Below, one piece after another: positions 12,571 through 26,244 of a stretch of 64,000 nucleotides of DNA. The stretch is from Octopus vulgaris (Eukaryota). Within the stretch, counting starts at the first letter, position 1, and every line of letters begins with the position of its first letter. The notes below the pieces were generated by a model. It saw nothing but the letters and a program-made list of their open reading frames with translations. It ran no database searches and was not told the origin of the DNA. The position numbers and the translations under genes are program-made. The stretch is taken from NCBI GenBank assembly GCA_951406725.2, contig OX597827.1, forward strand, positions 59,644,001 to 59,708,000, in the 5' to 3' direction.

Positions 12571-12779
12571 GCATTGCATCATCAACCTCGACGGAATTTG
12601 AACGACAATATGAGTCTTCGAAGACAGTTTGCTCTCATAAGTACCAAAATAAAATTAGGGATTTATGGAGAGTCAAAGTTGGGAACAAAAACAGGACAGT
12701 AGAGACATACAAGGAAACCGAACGAAAACAAACACGGAGGGTCGTTAGACCAGAACGAAGGGAAAAGATCGGAGATATC

Positions 12780-13280
12780 TTCTTAGCATCACTTCACTGA
12801 TGTAGATTCGGAAGTCTGTTGTCCACGTGGTCTGCACGCTTGTTCGTGGTTGATAAGATCGATGTGGATTTGACATATCCGATTGCAGTGATCACAGGGG
12901 TATGGTTGTTCAGGGTCTATGATTCAGCCGCATTATTTTTTCACCTCTGACGTTTGTCTTCAAGAGAGACACTGCGAGAGATCTCAAAGGAGGAAACAGC
13001 ATCGCTGATGGCATGGCCCCAAACGAAGCGGTGAGCTGTTAGAGTGGACCACTCACGATAATCAAAGTCACAAACGCTAAGATACTGCTTCAGGCAGTCT
13101 TTGCAAGGCTTCCTTGGAGACCCCGCCCTGCTGCGGTGGCCAGTGGTGAGCTCACTGTACATGATGATCTTGGATGGGCGGTGGTTTTTCATCCAGTCAG
13201 CGTACCCTGACCAAAGCAGTCGTATCTGAAGCAAAATGACTCCCAAACTGGTGACCTTTGCTCCCCCGAGGACCTCGGTG
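12780..13280 (-). mobile_element. RTE-clade LINE 3' fragment
   Basis: QIRLLWSGYADWMKNHRPSKIIMYSELTTGHRSRAGSPRKPCKDCLK matches the RTE/BovB C-terminal pattern RLRWxGHxxRMxxxRxPKxxxYGEL..GxR..GxPxKRxKDxLK, followed by a degenerate C2H2 finger. Confidence 0.85.
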
Positions 13281-13461
13281 TATTTATGTATATATAAACA
13301 GGAGTTGAAAGATACATATATATACACACTTATGAACATGTTCGAACGCATTACTACATATATGTAAACATGTAAAGACGTGTGTGCGTGTGTGCACACG
13401 CACATACACACATACGTTAGAACACATATAACAGAAGTGTGTGAAAATTTCATGCAAATAT

Positions 13462-13550
<89 letters not shown>

Positions 13551-13551
<1 letters not shown>

Positions 13552-13981
13552 TGGTTGTCATCGACTTACGACCACAATTGGTTCCGACTGACTGGTCGTC
13601 AGTGAATTTGATCTTAAGTCAGCCTATAGGCCTACATAGCCTTGTTTTATATACTTACATTCTTAAGGTATCTTCTCGGGTTAAAGTCACACACAGCATT
13701 CTGTATTATAGTTAGTCAAACATTTCGGAATCTCAAACAATCGTCTTATGAACAAATACAAGGTTGCCTCGATGTCTCCGCGACAGGATATTCATCCAAC
13801 ACTCAGGGTAACCACAGTGGCGATCGATAACCAAACCATGGGGAAGTATTTGTTAGCTGACATCATCCGTAGACGGGTTTAGATTTCAACTGGACTATTT
13901 ATTATTGCTACCGGGAGCTGGCACCCCAGTCGTCGTAAAGTGATCGGTCGTAAATCGGATGGGTCGTAAGTCGACGACCTG
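13551..13981. mobile_element. Tigger/pogo-like MITE (~430 bp)
   Basis: Imperfect TIRs ctggttgtcatcgacttacgacc and ggtcgtaagtcgacgacctg, flanked by TA. Confidence 0.75.
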
Positions 13982-14084
13982 TATATATATGTTGGTACGA
14001 ATGAATGCATGTATATGTACGTATGTATGTATATACTTACTTGGAAATATATAGGATACAATCACCCAAGAATGTTTTACATAT

Positions 14085-14161
<77 letters not shown>

Positions 14162-14416
14162 CGAGTGAGTGCGTGCATACGCGCCTGTGATGTATATAGT
14201 GCACCTAAAGGAAGTATCTAGCGTACTGATTATACAAGTCTAACTATCCCCAAAAGCGCTATTGTACCTTAATCGTTTTGTCCCCGTAAAGAACATTTCA
14301 CACCTGCTTTTAACATGAAAGGGAAAGCATTTTGTGCTTAGTGCTTTGTTTATGTATGCACGTATGTATGTATGTATGTATGTATGTATGTATGTATGTA
14401 TGTATGTATGTGTGTA

Positions 14417-14447
<31 letters not shown>

Positions 14448-14504
14448 ATATATATTGATGGTTGGATGGATGGATGCATGTGTGCATATATGTATGCATG
14501 TTTC

Positions 14505-14546
<42 letters not shown>

Positions 14547-14637
14547 CATGCATATATATGTGTGTGTGCTCAGTCTACAAAATCTACTATAGGGTGTATA
14601 TATGAGTATGTACAGACATACACACACACAGACACAC

Positions 14638-14684
<47 letters not shown>

Positions 14685-14691
14685 TACATGT

Positions 14692-14745
<54 letters not shown>

Positions 14746-15456
14746 ACATGCATATATATGTGTGTGTGTGTTCAGTCTACCAAATCTACTCACAAGGGTT
14801 TGGTCGGCCAGAGGCTATAGTCCAAAGTGCCACGTAGTGGAACTGAACCGGAAACCATGTGGTTGGGAAGCAAGCTTCTTAGTACATAGCCACATATTAT
14901 ATATGTGTATACATATGTGAATACATGCATACATACATACATACATATATATATATATATACATATATATATATTTATATATATGTGTAACCACTCACAA
15001 ACACAGACATACACGCACCCCCACTACGCACACAAATTGTTGTCGTTTTGTCTGCAGTTATCTGTAATTTTGACCGAATATCAATGAAACTGGAAGGTTA
15101 CAAATTACATTCTGTGTATGTTTGTGCGTTCGTTGCTTCTTTAATAGTGTATGTGCGTATGGAAGCATATGTGTATGCATATGTGTGTGTGCATAAGTAT
15201 GCATGCATGCATGTATGTATGTATGCATGTATGTATGTATGTATGTATGTATGTATGCATGTCTATGAATATTGGTAGGCACGAATGGAGATTTTTCATT
15301 AAGATTTATTGAAATTCTTCCTGGCAGACCTGAAGCCATTCCCTAACACCAGGGCAAGTTCCTTTTGTTTGGGACAAGGCGGTACTAGAGATTTGTGCAT
15401 ATGTGAATGAGCTTAGAGTATTATACACACACACATATATATATATAGCAAATATG

Positions 15457-15536
<80 letters not shown>

Positions 15537-15999
15537 CCAATCACTTGATCGATCGACCGATCTGTCTATCTATTTATCTGTCTGTCTGTCGATCTGTCTG
15601 TGTGTCTGACTGTTTGTCTGGCTGGTTGTATGTACATTTATAATTACACGCCCACGTACACATATGTATATTGGTGTATGCACGTTATACATATATATGT
15701 ATACACACAAACACACACGTGTGTATGTATATCTGGTCATATGTGTGTGTGTGTGTGCGTACGCGCGTGTATACATGTGTGTGTGTGTATTTTGTGTGTG
15801 TGTGTGTGTGTGTGTGTTTGCATGGACGTGCGAGTGGGTGGCCGTGCTGAGGCGGGGGGTCAGTTTGTCATATCTATCGTAATTAAGAACAGCTGTGACA
15901 CATTGTGGGGAGACTCAGTCGCGTCTCAGTCGTGTCAGAGGCTGGCATTTGACATATTGAGGTCCCTTAGCAGACAACACACCGGCCACAACTACATCA

Positions 16000-16540
16000 A
16001 CGACCAAAACTACTGCCGCCACCGTCACCACGACACCGCTGCCGCCACGGGCCCCACGGCGACGACGACGACGACCACCACCACTACCACCACCTGCACC
16101 ATCATCAAATAACCACCGTTATCAGTAACATCATCATCACTAACATTAACATGACTACCATCATTTACCACGCCCACTTACTTCACCACCACCACCACCA
16201 CCACCACCACCACCACCACCACCATCACCATCATCACCACCACCACCACCACCACCACCATCACCGCCGCCGCCGCCACTACCATCACCACAACAGCAAA
16301 AATACCATCACCAACACCAACGCCACCACCATTTTCATTACCATCATCCCCATCAGCACAGTCTCTACTACCATCACTGCAAGAACAGAAACACCATCAC
16401 CACCATTTTCATTACCACCACCGCAACCACCACAGCCACCACCACCACCATCGCCAGGAACAGCACAAGCTACACCACTACCACCACCACCAAGACCACC
16501 ACCATCACCACGGCGACTACCCACACCACCAACACCACTA
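16000..16540. repeat. Degenerate (CAC/CAT/CCA)n low-complexity tract
   Basis: Direct inspection. Similar tracts lie at 18390-18520, 21720-22210 (opposite strand), 23030-23360, 34720-35290, 52380-52800 and 56540-57010. Confidence 0.9.
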
Positions 16541-16686
16541 TGAACGCTGTATAAGTAACTGACCAATCAATGGTTGGACACTCACTCTTACATCACGTGA
16601 CTCATGAAATCTTCACGGAATCATTAAAGTCGTCACATACAGCGTGCCATTACAAATATGTGACGTTTTTGCGTCACATATATTGA

Positions 16687-16728
<42 letters not shown>

Positions 16729-16984
16729 TGTTCGTGAATGTGTGCGAGTATGTGTGCATGTGAGGGTATGTGGATGTATGGATGTGTATGTGAGAAAATA
16801 TGTACAAGCGTATACATAGACACTGGCCCTCTCCTATTCCCATACACACATACACACATATACACAGACACACAGACATACATAATAATACTATACACAT
16901 ACATACATAATAATAAGATGGAGATAAGCATTTTGTCCGTCGCGCTAAAAATTCTACCCGCTTTCTGCCTTCAATAATAATGAC

Positions 16985-17097
<113 letters not shown>

Positions 17098-17169
17098 TGA
17101 TTATGATGAAGATGATGATTTCATTGACTTTATACACTGAAAAAGAAGGAACATATGCTTAGCATACAA

Positions 17170-17750
17170 AGATAAAAGAATGACGGGGAGGATGATAGAG
17201 ATGTAGTCTTCCGGATAGAGGAAGGCCTGTAGGGATAATCGAGGAACCCCACTGTCAGAAATATCCCTGAAACCCTAGGAGCAAGTACCCTCTCCAATTC
17301 CTTGTCTCCGGCTCACAGGTCTACATTTAGAGAGGTACCATCCATTCTTGCCATTTTTACAACCTTCACCCGCCCTTCAATAAACTCACTCGAGGACAGA
17401 ACTTTCCTCTCCACTCTCAATTTCCTTTTCAAATGAAACTTGAAGAAGTCAATGAGAGCTCAACCAAAGAGGAATATATCTGTCCTAATGCCTTTCAGCC
17501 TTGTCCACCAAACAACCTCTTTCGCCACAGCCACCGGGCATAGGAAAACTGCCTTGCCTGACCGATTGAAGGAGAGTAGCGGTGCGATCATCACTCGGCC
17601 GACTGATGGATCTGGCCCACACGTGACAGCAACTGTTTAACATAAACCCACAAGTCCGCAATGCCCGGACACTGAACGAGTGCGTGCAGAATGGTTTTGT
17701 CACTGCGCACACCATGGACAAGTCCGTCTGATAGCACGTCCGTGCCAATA
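17170..17750 (-). mobile_element. Tx1/L1-like LINE ORF2 3' fragment
   Basis: Frameshifted CxxC...TILHALVQCPGIADLW zinc-knuckle, then VAVAKEVVWWTRLKG...FFKFHLKRKLRVER. Confidence 0.7.
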
Positions 17751-17764
17751 GAGACCTGTAGGGA

Positions 17765-17990
17765 CCTTTTGAGAAGGATGGGTTACTCGACCAGAATAAA
17801 ATTCTAACTGGGCCCCACCTGCAAGGTCATGTGCTGTTTCTCTTGATATGCGATCACTATGTCACGCACATATGGTTGTGATGCATGTGCCTAGTGTACC
17901 CTTATTAGACGAGTAGTCATGATGGGTATACTGGGCTTCGTATATTTTACCCCAGTGTGACTTTGATGGCATGCACTGCTCTCTCACTCA

Positions 17991-18064
<74 letters not shown>
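17765..18064 (+). mobile_element. Unclassified retroelement 3' end with (TAA)n tail
   Basis: Complex sequence ending ctctctcactca directly before a long (TAA)n run. Confidence 0.4.
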
Positions 18065-18065
18065 C

Positions 18066-18240
18066 CTTTCTATTATAGGCACAAAGCCTGAAAAATGGGG
18101 GAGGGGATAGTCGATTACATCGACCCCAGCACTCAACTGGTACTTGATTTATCGTCTCTGGAAGGTTGAAAGATAAAGTCGACCTCGACGAAATTTGAAC
18201 TCAGGACGTAAAGAGCCAGAAGTACCGCTAAGCATTCTTC
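18066..18240 (-). mobile_element. SINE family A
   Basis: gtcgattacatcgaccccag...ctggtact...aaagtcgacctcg...tttgaactcag. Confidence 0.8.
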
Positions 18241-18765
18241 AAACTCGTCGCTTTCCACCTAAGGTCAAATAACAACAAAACCAAACATAAAAGCATTTTG
18301 CGTGTACACATACGTAAGTACTTGAGGTATCAAATGACCCATGTCATTACAGACCAAAAATTAACCCCACTCGTCTCCCCCTATAAACAGACCACCAAAA
18401 CCACCACCACCACCTCTACCACCACTACCACTACTACCACCATCACTACTACCTACTACTACTACTACTACAACCACCACCGCCCTTGCCACTGTCACCA
18501 ACACCACCACCATCACTTTCTTACAACTGTCAACTGTCATGTACTCTTGGTTACTATTGTCGTCGCACCGTGTAGTCTATTAAGAGTTAATTGTTGTCAC
18601 AAAACTGCGTTGCCACGACAACAGAAAGGGTCTTTCTGGTTTTTTAAATATATATTTTAGAGAGACAGACGGACAGATTGACACAGGGACACGTTCGGTC
18701 GTTTAAAAGAAAAGAACAAAGCTCAACGCACTGGAGATAAATACTTTTTCTCTCTCTTTCTCTCC

Positions 18766-18830
<65 letters not shown>

Positions 18831-19555
18831 GAGCCTTTTTATCTATCTGATCATTTAAATGTCTTCGAGGAAGCTATAAGATGTCACACAAGCATTCAGC
18901 TCTGAGCGCAATACTTCTCATAGCAGAAACAAGTGTAAGCTAATGAAAAGGATTACATAATTTCTGTTCTTTTGTCATTCACTGATATTGGTATTACGCT
19001 CTGCACTCATCTGAAGCTTTATTCTAAAGAATAACTATATTGAGTTCTTACACCCAGTTACTAGTATCGCTGTGCTAAAGCGAAATCATAATCACTCACT
19101 CACTCTCTCACTCACTCACTCACTCAATCAATCAATCAATCAGTCTATCTGTCTGTCTGTCAGTCTATTGATCTATCTACCGGAGAAATTTGAGCTCATA
19201 ACGTAAAGACGGACGAAATCATTTAAACCATTTTCGAGCTGACCACTCATTGGTCATTTCCTCACCAAATGTTTCGTTGAAATCGCGAGTAGTTTCAGCT
19301 GTTTTACATCCTTTTCTGAAGCTGAAACGCAAGACTGCTCGAATATCGCGCTTTGACAGTTCCATTTCAGATGATTAACAACGGTGAAAGAAAAAAATAT
19401 CAATGATATCAAAATATCAATTGATGCATTTCGGCAAGGCTTTGTATTATCAGACAATTACAAAAAAAAAAAAAATGTTTTAAAAATTTCAAAACACTGC
19501 AAAAATCCGGTACAAATTCTTCATGGTTTAAAACGTTGCTTACTTTTTACTCAAC

Positions 19556-19606
<51 letters not shown>

Positions 19607-19713
19607 CTATAGCTATATATATGTGTATATACACATGCACATATATCAATATATATATATATGTGTGTGTGTATATACATATATATATATATGTATATAT
19701 GTATGTATGCCTA

Positions 19714-19758
<45 letters not shown>

Positions 19759-20567
19759 GTGTGTATGTGTGTATATATATTTTCAAAAGAAAATGGTGGC
19801 CCAACAAAATTCTGGTGTTACTTTCTTTCCCTATGCTACGGTGCCCTACAGATTCCGCTTCTTCACTCAGCCCGCCTTCTAACAGAAAATATTAATAAAA
19901 GCATCAAAGTTTTCGAAAGACTTAATTATAAATCCATTAACCGGACGTATGGTTGTCTCTTCAACACTACAGACATCAAAAGAAAAAGTGATACAGAAAA
20001 TGTATGTACGTACCACAATATATGTGCTTGTATGCGCATGCGTAAGAATATGTGTTTGAGTATGTATAATTCTGTGTTTGTGTGTGTATGTGTATTTATG
20101 TGCATGTATGTGCAACTGAATGTGTATGCGTGTATGTGTGTGTGTGTATGTGTGTGTGTAATTACGGGAGTGTTTGTGTGTGTTGTATGTGTTTCAGTGC
20201 TTGTGTGCCTCGAGTCTGAGTGTGTAGTTACGTGAGCGTTTATGCTGTCTGTGCCTGTATGTGTGTGTATGTGTGTATGTGCGTATGTGTGTGTGTGTGT
20301 GTTTGTGTGCAGGTACCGGTGTGAATGTGTGCTGTGTACTGTGTGTGTAGTCACATGTATGTTTGTGTGCTGTCTGCCGCGTGTATTTGCGCCAGTTTAG
20401 TGTACGTTTGTGCGTTGTGTGCTGTTTGTGTTTGATTGTACAAATAAACGGGAAAGGCATCTCAATACATATAGTTGGCCTTATTTATCCCAAGTCAAAA
20501 AACCTCACGCTTGCCCAATCGAGTCTATGTACCCGTTTATTAGACATCGTAGTTGGATCGAAAATCA

Positions 20568-20975
20568 TAGGCGCAGGAGTGGCTGTGTGGTAAGTAGCTT
20601 GCTTCCCAACCATATGGTTCCGGGTTCAGTCCCACCTTGGGCAAGTGTCTTCTGCTATAGCCTCGGGCCGACCAAAGCCTTGTGAGTGGATTTGGTAGAC
20701 GGAAAACTGAAAGAAGCCTGTCGTATATATGTATATATATGTATGAGTGTGTATATGTTTATGTGTTTGTCTGTGTTTGTCCCCCCACCCCCCAACATCG
20801 CTTGACAACCGATGCTGGTATGTTTACGTCCCCGTAATTTAGCGGTTCGGCAAAAGAGACCGATAGAATAAGTACTAGGCTTACAAAGAATAAGCCCTGA
20901 GGTCGATTTGCTCGACTAAAGACGTTACTCCAGCATGGCCACAGTCAAATGACTGAAACAAGTAAAAGAGTAAAG
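20568..20975 (+). mobile_element. tRNA-derived SINE family B, near full length
   Basis: taggcgcaggagtggctgtgtggtaag (A-box-like), gggttcagtccc (B-box-like), ccttgggcaagt CORE-like block, internal microsatellite, and gactgaaacaagtaaaagag tail. Confidence 0.9.
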
Positions 20976-20991
20976 AGTATATACATAATAT

Positions 20992-21055
<64 letters not shown>

Positions 21056-21176
21056 GTACAAATATACATTTATACGTACATATATGTACATACACATACT
21101 TATGTGTATGTATGTGTATATGTAGCATGCATTATATCTGAATGTCTGTATGTATGTGTGTACGTCTCTCTCTCTC

Positions 21177-21221
<45 letters not shown>

Positions 21222-21288
21222 ACGTACACAAATACACACATATATTTACACACATGCACATATTTATACTCACACACACTGTACAGAC

Positions 21289-21325
<37 letters not shown>

Positions 21326-22396
21326 ATCAGAAATCTTTGAGGTGGTGGTATTACACCGGATTAACTCCAATAGATCAGTTCCTCTCAACCTAAACTACCT
21401 GCTTAACGCAGTCATTCCAGAGTTACCAAGCTACCATTCATTTCAAAATTCCTACCTTTTTTATGCGATGTCTAGGAAAACTTTGTCGTTATTTTTCTCT
21501 GTTTTTTTTTATTTTTTTTATAGTCGTTTTTATAATATTTTGGTGTGGGGGTATCTAAATTTTTTTCTTGATTTTTAATTTTAGATTCGCCGATTGATTT
21601 TACGACAGTTTTATACCCCCAAGGTCGGGTGGGATAGGGGTTATTTTCTTTTGCTTTTTGAATTTTTTTTGACGTTTGCTTTGGGTTGGGATATTTTGTT
21701 TTGGATTCCGTTGACTGGCTGGTCATTGGTTGATGGTGGTGGTGGTGGTGGTGGTGGCAGCGGTGATGGAGTTAGTGGTAGTAGTAGTGGTGGGTGGGGT
21801 GGGGTGGGGGAGGGTGGTAGTGGTGGTGGAGATGATGGATGCGGTGGCGGTGGTGATGGAGGTGTTGGTGGTGGTGATTGAGGTAGTGGTTGTGGCAATG
21901 GCGGTAGTGGTGGAGATGATAGATGTGGTGGTGGTGGTGATGGAGGTGGTAGTGGTAATAAAGGTAGTAGCGATGGTCGTGGTCGCGTGGAGGGTGGGGT
22001 TGAATGCAAGGTGGAAATGCCGTAAAAGTCCTCGTGTGTAAATCACCGTCTTAAGGAATGCTTCTTGGGAGATGTTTAATGATAAATAAACATTTAGAGG
22101 GTCTTTGTACGGCGAAACTACTTTTTCAACAAGGGGCGTGTAGCAGTGGTGGTGAGAGTGATGGTTGTAGTGATGGTGGTGGTGTTCGTGGTGGTGGTGG
22201 TTGAGGTGGTACTTACTGGTCGTGTAGTTGGCAACGAGTGAGAACGAGAGGCCGGATTAGTACTGAGTGTATGACCCTCACCCTCGATCTAACTTATCTC
22301 TCTCGTATCTTGCACACCTGTGCAATAATCACTAATAATCACTTTCCCAAGTAGTAGTAGTAGTAGTAGTAGCGGCGGGAGTGGGGCAGCGGTGGC

Positions 22397-22511
<115 letters not shown>

Positions 22512-22589
22512 AAACGTTAATGATTTGAATCTGAAGTGAAGCTAACCTGAAACCTGGCTCGAATACTTTCTACAAACTGGACCTCATTA

Positions 22590-22830
22590 AGGATATTCAA
22601 AGATCAGACGGTGGTGTTAAACTGGGCAATGGATCGAGGATGGACATTCAGGGTAACGGAATGGACACCAAAACAATGGACAAGATCAAGAGGCCAAGAA
22701 AACGCAAGATGGCGAGATGATCTTAACTTCAACCTGGGGTCAATATGGCCACGACTGGCCAGAGATAAACAACGGTGAAAGAGTCCAAGAGCGCGGTTTT
22801 CGCCTTCAGGAGTGAGGAAAGCTTGGATGT
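22590..22830 (+). mobile_element. RTE-clade LINE 3' fragment (second subfamily)
   Basis: Translates to WTFRVTEWTPKQWTRSRGQENARWRDDL...WPRLARDKQR*, the RTE C-terminal W-P..R.RGRP..RW.D pattern. Confidence 0.75.
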
Positions 22831-23704
22831 GGAAGTGACCGCGCCACGGGATTGAACCAGCAACTATGTAATTGACGACAGAGCTTCTTAACCGCACAGC
22901 CATTCTAGTATCATGAATTCTATGGGTTTTCAGCGCGTCTTTCGGCTTCGAGCATGCCCCCAGATGCTTTCTTAATTACAGATTTTAGGAAGTCTGCTTA
23001 CGTTTCAAGTTGGGTGTGAGAAAATACAACAGCAACGCCAACGACGATGATGATGATAATGACAATGTTGATGATGATCATCATGATGATGATGATCATC
23101 ATGATGATGATGATGACAACGATGACGACGACGACAACGGTGAGATTGAACGTCATCGTCATCATCCTCCTCACCAACATTACCGTCCTCATCCTCTCAC
23201 CACCACCACCACCACCACACCACCATTATCGTCGTCGTCATCGTCATCATCATCGTCGTACTCTGTCTCCTCCTCACCATCTCATCATCACGGTAGTCAA
23301 CAACCACCACCAGCTCCATCTTCATCATCATCATCATCATCATCATCGTCATCGTTTTCACCATGGGTATAAATGTACATCTGGATTTTGCTGTGGGCTG
23401 GGGGGGGGGCAAGAACAGGGTAGATCCACAGCTACCTTGCAAAGCTGCTACAGCTTTAATATTACACAAACACACACACACACACCCTACACACATACCG
23501 ACACAGGCATTCTGATGCATAACAGATGTCGCCTTTATTAGACCTAAACATGTGAATTTTATCAGATTTACATCTCATCTGATGTAAATCTTCTCAGATG
23601 TACATTTTTGCACATGTAGTTTCCTAACTGTAACTACAAATTATTATTGCTGTTATTGTCGTTGTTTAGGTTATCTTAGATATTGCGGCCTCTGACATAA
23701 TAAT

Positions 23705-23915
23705 GGCTTCAAAGTTTGGCACAATGCCAGCAATTTTGAGAAGTTGTAGTTTGGTCGATACCATGACCCTCAGTATTTTTTATTTGTACATTACTTAATC
23801 GACCCCGGGAGGTTGAAAGGCAAAATTAGATGCCGTGGAATTTGAATGTAAAGACGGACGAAATACCGCTAAGCACTCAGTTCAGCGTACCAACGATTCT
23901 GCCAGCTCACCCTGA
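23705..23915 (-). mobile_element. SINE family A, diverged
   Basis: tcgaccccggga..tgaaaggcaaa..gacgaaataccgctaagca..aacgattctgccagctc. Confidence 0.8.
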
Positions 23916-24328
23916 TATAATAACAAAAGGAAAAACAAACAGGATCAGCTAAGTATAGAATGCATTTGATGGAAATCCTGCTTGATCAGGGCCGACCTGT
24001 GGTTAAATAACAACAACAACTACAAATGATTGTTGTGTTTCTTTGTTCTGTAATCTCAGGTAAACTGTTTTACTGATTGAGTAGATTTATGATTTGAGTT
24101 ATTCCAGCCGTAACCAACCCATCAGACAACATAAAACTAGCTTGCGGTTTACTGTCGCTACTCAAGAATTTTCATATCCATCTGTCCATCAGTCCATCGT
24201 AGAAGGCTCTACTAACGAACACGGCTAACAGAACATTATAGTCACCCAATATAGAGAAGTGTAATGCAGAGTATCCATGTGGCTGAAATCCAGAAGATAC
24301 GATCAAGGAAATAACTTCATGAGGAGTA

Positions 24329-24700
24329 TATAAACCAAAAAATGTCAGGCGATCTGAGAGGTGAATATATTTATTTCACCACATGACGTCCTTAGGGTTA
24401 CAGTTGTTTCGCAGCCTTCATTATGTAGTAATAATTTCAGTGCGGGATAAATTATGTTTACATGCTTGCAGAAAAAGTGCATGGTGTGCATTATAAAATA
24501 TTATCGTATATTCACAAATCGAACATTTGTATTATATAATACAGAGCATGCATAGTTGTGCAAACCTGTCAGCGTAATTTAGTCCACACTGAAATTATTA
24601 CTACATGGTGAAGACTGCGAAACGACCGTAACACTAAGGATGTCAATTGGTTAGATAAATATATTCACCACCCATATCTCCCGACATTTTATGGTTTATA
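24329..24700. repeat. ~370-bp imperfect fold-back palindrome bounded by TATA
   Basis: The left arm tataaaccaaaaaatgtcagg...gtgaatatatttat...gtttcgcagccttca...gtagtaataatttcagtg aligns to the reverse complement of the right arm all the way to a centre near 24515. Confidence 0.85.
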
Positions 24701-24854
24701 AACACACACGCACACACACATACATATACACACACACACATATATACACACACATATATATACACACACACACATATATATACACACACACACATATATA
24801 ACACACACACACATATATATACACACACACACATATATATACACACACACATAT

Positions 24855-24895
<41 letters not shown>

Positions 24896-24900
24896 CAGAT

Positions 24901-24952
<52 letters not shown>

Positions 24953-24955
<3 letters not shown>

Positions 24956-25148
24956 ACCTCGTGTGTACCGCTGGCGATTTTTTTCCTCTGTCTTCCCTTC
25001 TCGGGATCTTTCCTTCTCCTATGTTTCCGACGAAGAGCTCCGCTCGAAACGTTAAACCCTACTTCTTCACTTCTTTCCTGAGCGTCCAATAATACTCTAT
25101 TTGTTCCACGTCCTCGCGTTGTTGTGTTTTCTTGTTTGGATTAACTTA
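24953..25148 (+). mobile_element. Hammerhead-bearing element copy C (ribozyme 25023-25057)
   Basis: GTTT CCGACGA A GAGC-TCC-GCTC GAAAC GTT AAAC. Flanked on both sides by (TA)n and homologous end to end with 60963-61164. Confidence 0.85.
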
Positions 25149-25154
25149 TATATA

Positions 25155-25228
<74 letters not shown>

Positions 25229-25249
25229 CTATCTATATATCTATCTATT

Positions 25250-25290
<41 letters not shown>

Positions 25291-25441
25291 GTATATATAT
25301 ATATATATATATATATTTGTATATATATGTATATATATATTTATCTATCTATCTATCTATCTATCTATTTATGTGTATATATATATATATATATATATTG
25401 CTAAGATTGGGAGGATAAAATTGCGTTGAAGCTTGTCATAC

Positions 25442-25487
<46 letters not shown>

Positions 25488-25506
25488 TTGTGTATGTGTA
25501 ACGTAA

Positions 25507-25571
25507 ATTTAGAGAAAAACCATTGGTTTCACATCTAGCGTGAACTAGACTGCTCTTCAGTTTCTCTAAAT
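25507..25571 (-). ncRNA. Type-I hammerhead ribozyme, near intact, Slit-sense
   Basis: ATTTAGAGAAA CTGAAGA GCAGTCTAG-TTCACG-CTAGATGT GAAAC CAATG GTT TTTCTCTAAAT. 11-bp helix I, full core, GUU triplet. Confidence 0.85.
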
Positions 25572-25661
25572 AGTAGCCGTCTTCTACAGAAATAAATAAC
25601 TGTTCTATATTCTATAGGATATGCTCTTCTCCTGATTTATGATATTGTAACGAAGATATAT

Positions 25662-25710
<49 letters not shown>

Positions 25711-25711
<1 letters not shown>

Positions 25712-25905
25712 CGGGAAAGTTTACGAAAATAAACAAAAGACGAAGGCAGGTGGAGTACAAACAAACAAATGTATTAGTATAGCGCTCAGGAATAGGAATA
25801 GAAAAAGGCTTTTACGTTTCGAGCCTACGCTCTTCGACAGAAAGATACACAGAAAAGAAACACGGAGAGAAAGAAGGAGAGAAAAAATGCGAGTAGGAGC
25901 TAACA
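25711..25905 (-). mobile_element. Hammerhead-bearing element copy D, divergent subfamily (ribozyme 25809-25844)
   Basis: CTTT CTGTCGA A GAGC-GTAG-GCTC GAAAC GTA AAAG. Adjacent to (TA)n and shares the gtatt...gcgctcagg block. Confidence 0.75.
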
Positions 25906-26186
25906 TACACACATGCATACACACATACGAGAAGCATCTACATTGTTTTATCCTACCGAATCAATTCACAAGGCTTTGCTCGGCGCTCTACTGGAAGACA
26001 TTTGCACATGGTGCTAGGCAGTGGGAACCGAACCCGAAACCAAGTCGTCGCACAGCGAACTACTTAACCACACAGCCACTCCAGCCGCTGTTTTTATTTT
26101 CAATGAGCACAAATTACCACGATATAGGTTCAAGTTCCACCAAACTCAAATGCCGCCATCTTCTCTCTCCCTCCTGATATATATAT

Positions 26187-26244
<58 letters not shown>

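Noticed and set aside
19384-20235. Longest ORF (283 aa)
   Set aside because: It runs through (TA)n and (TG)n tracts and has no recognisable protein content.
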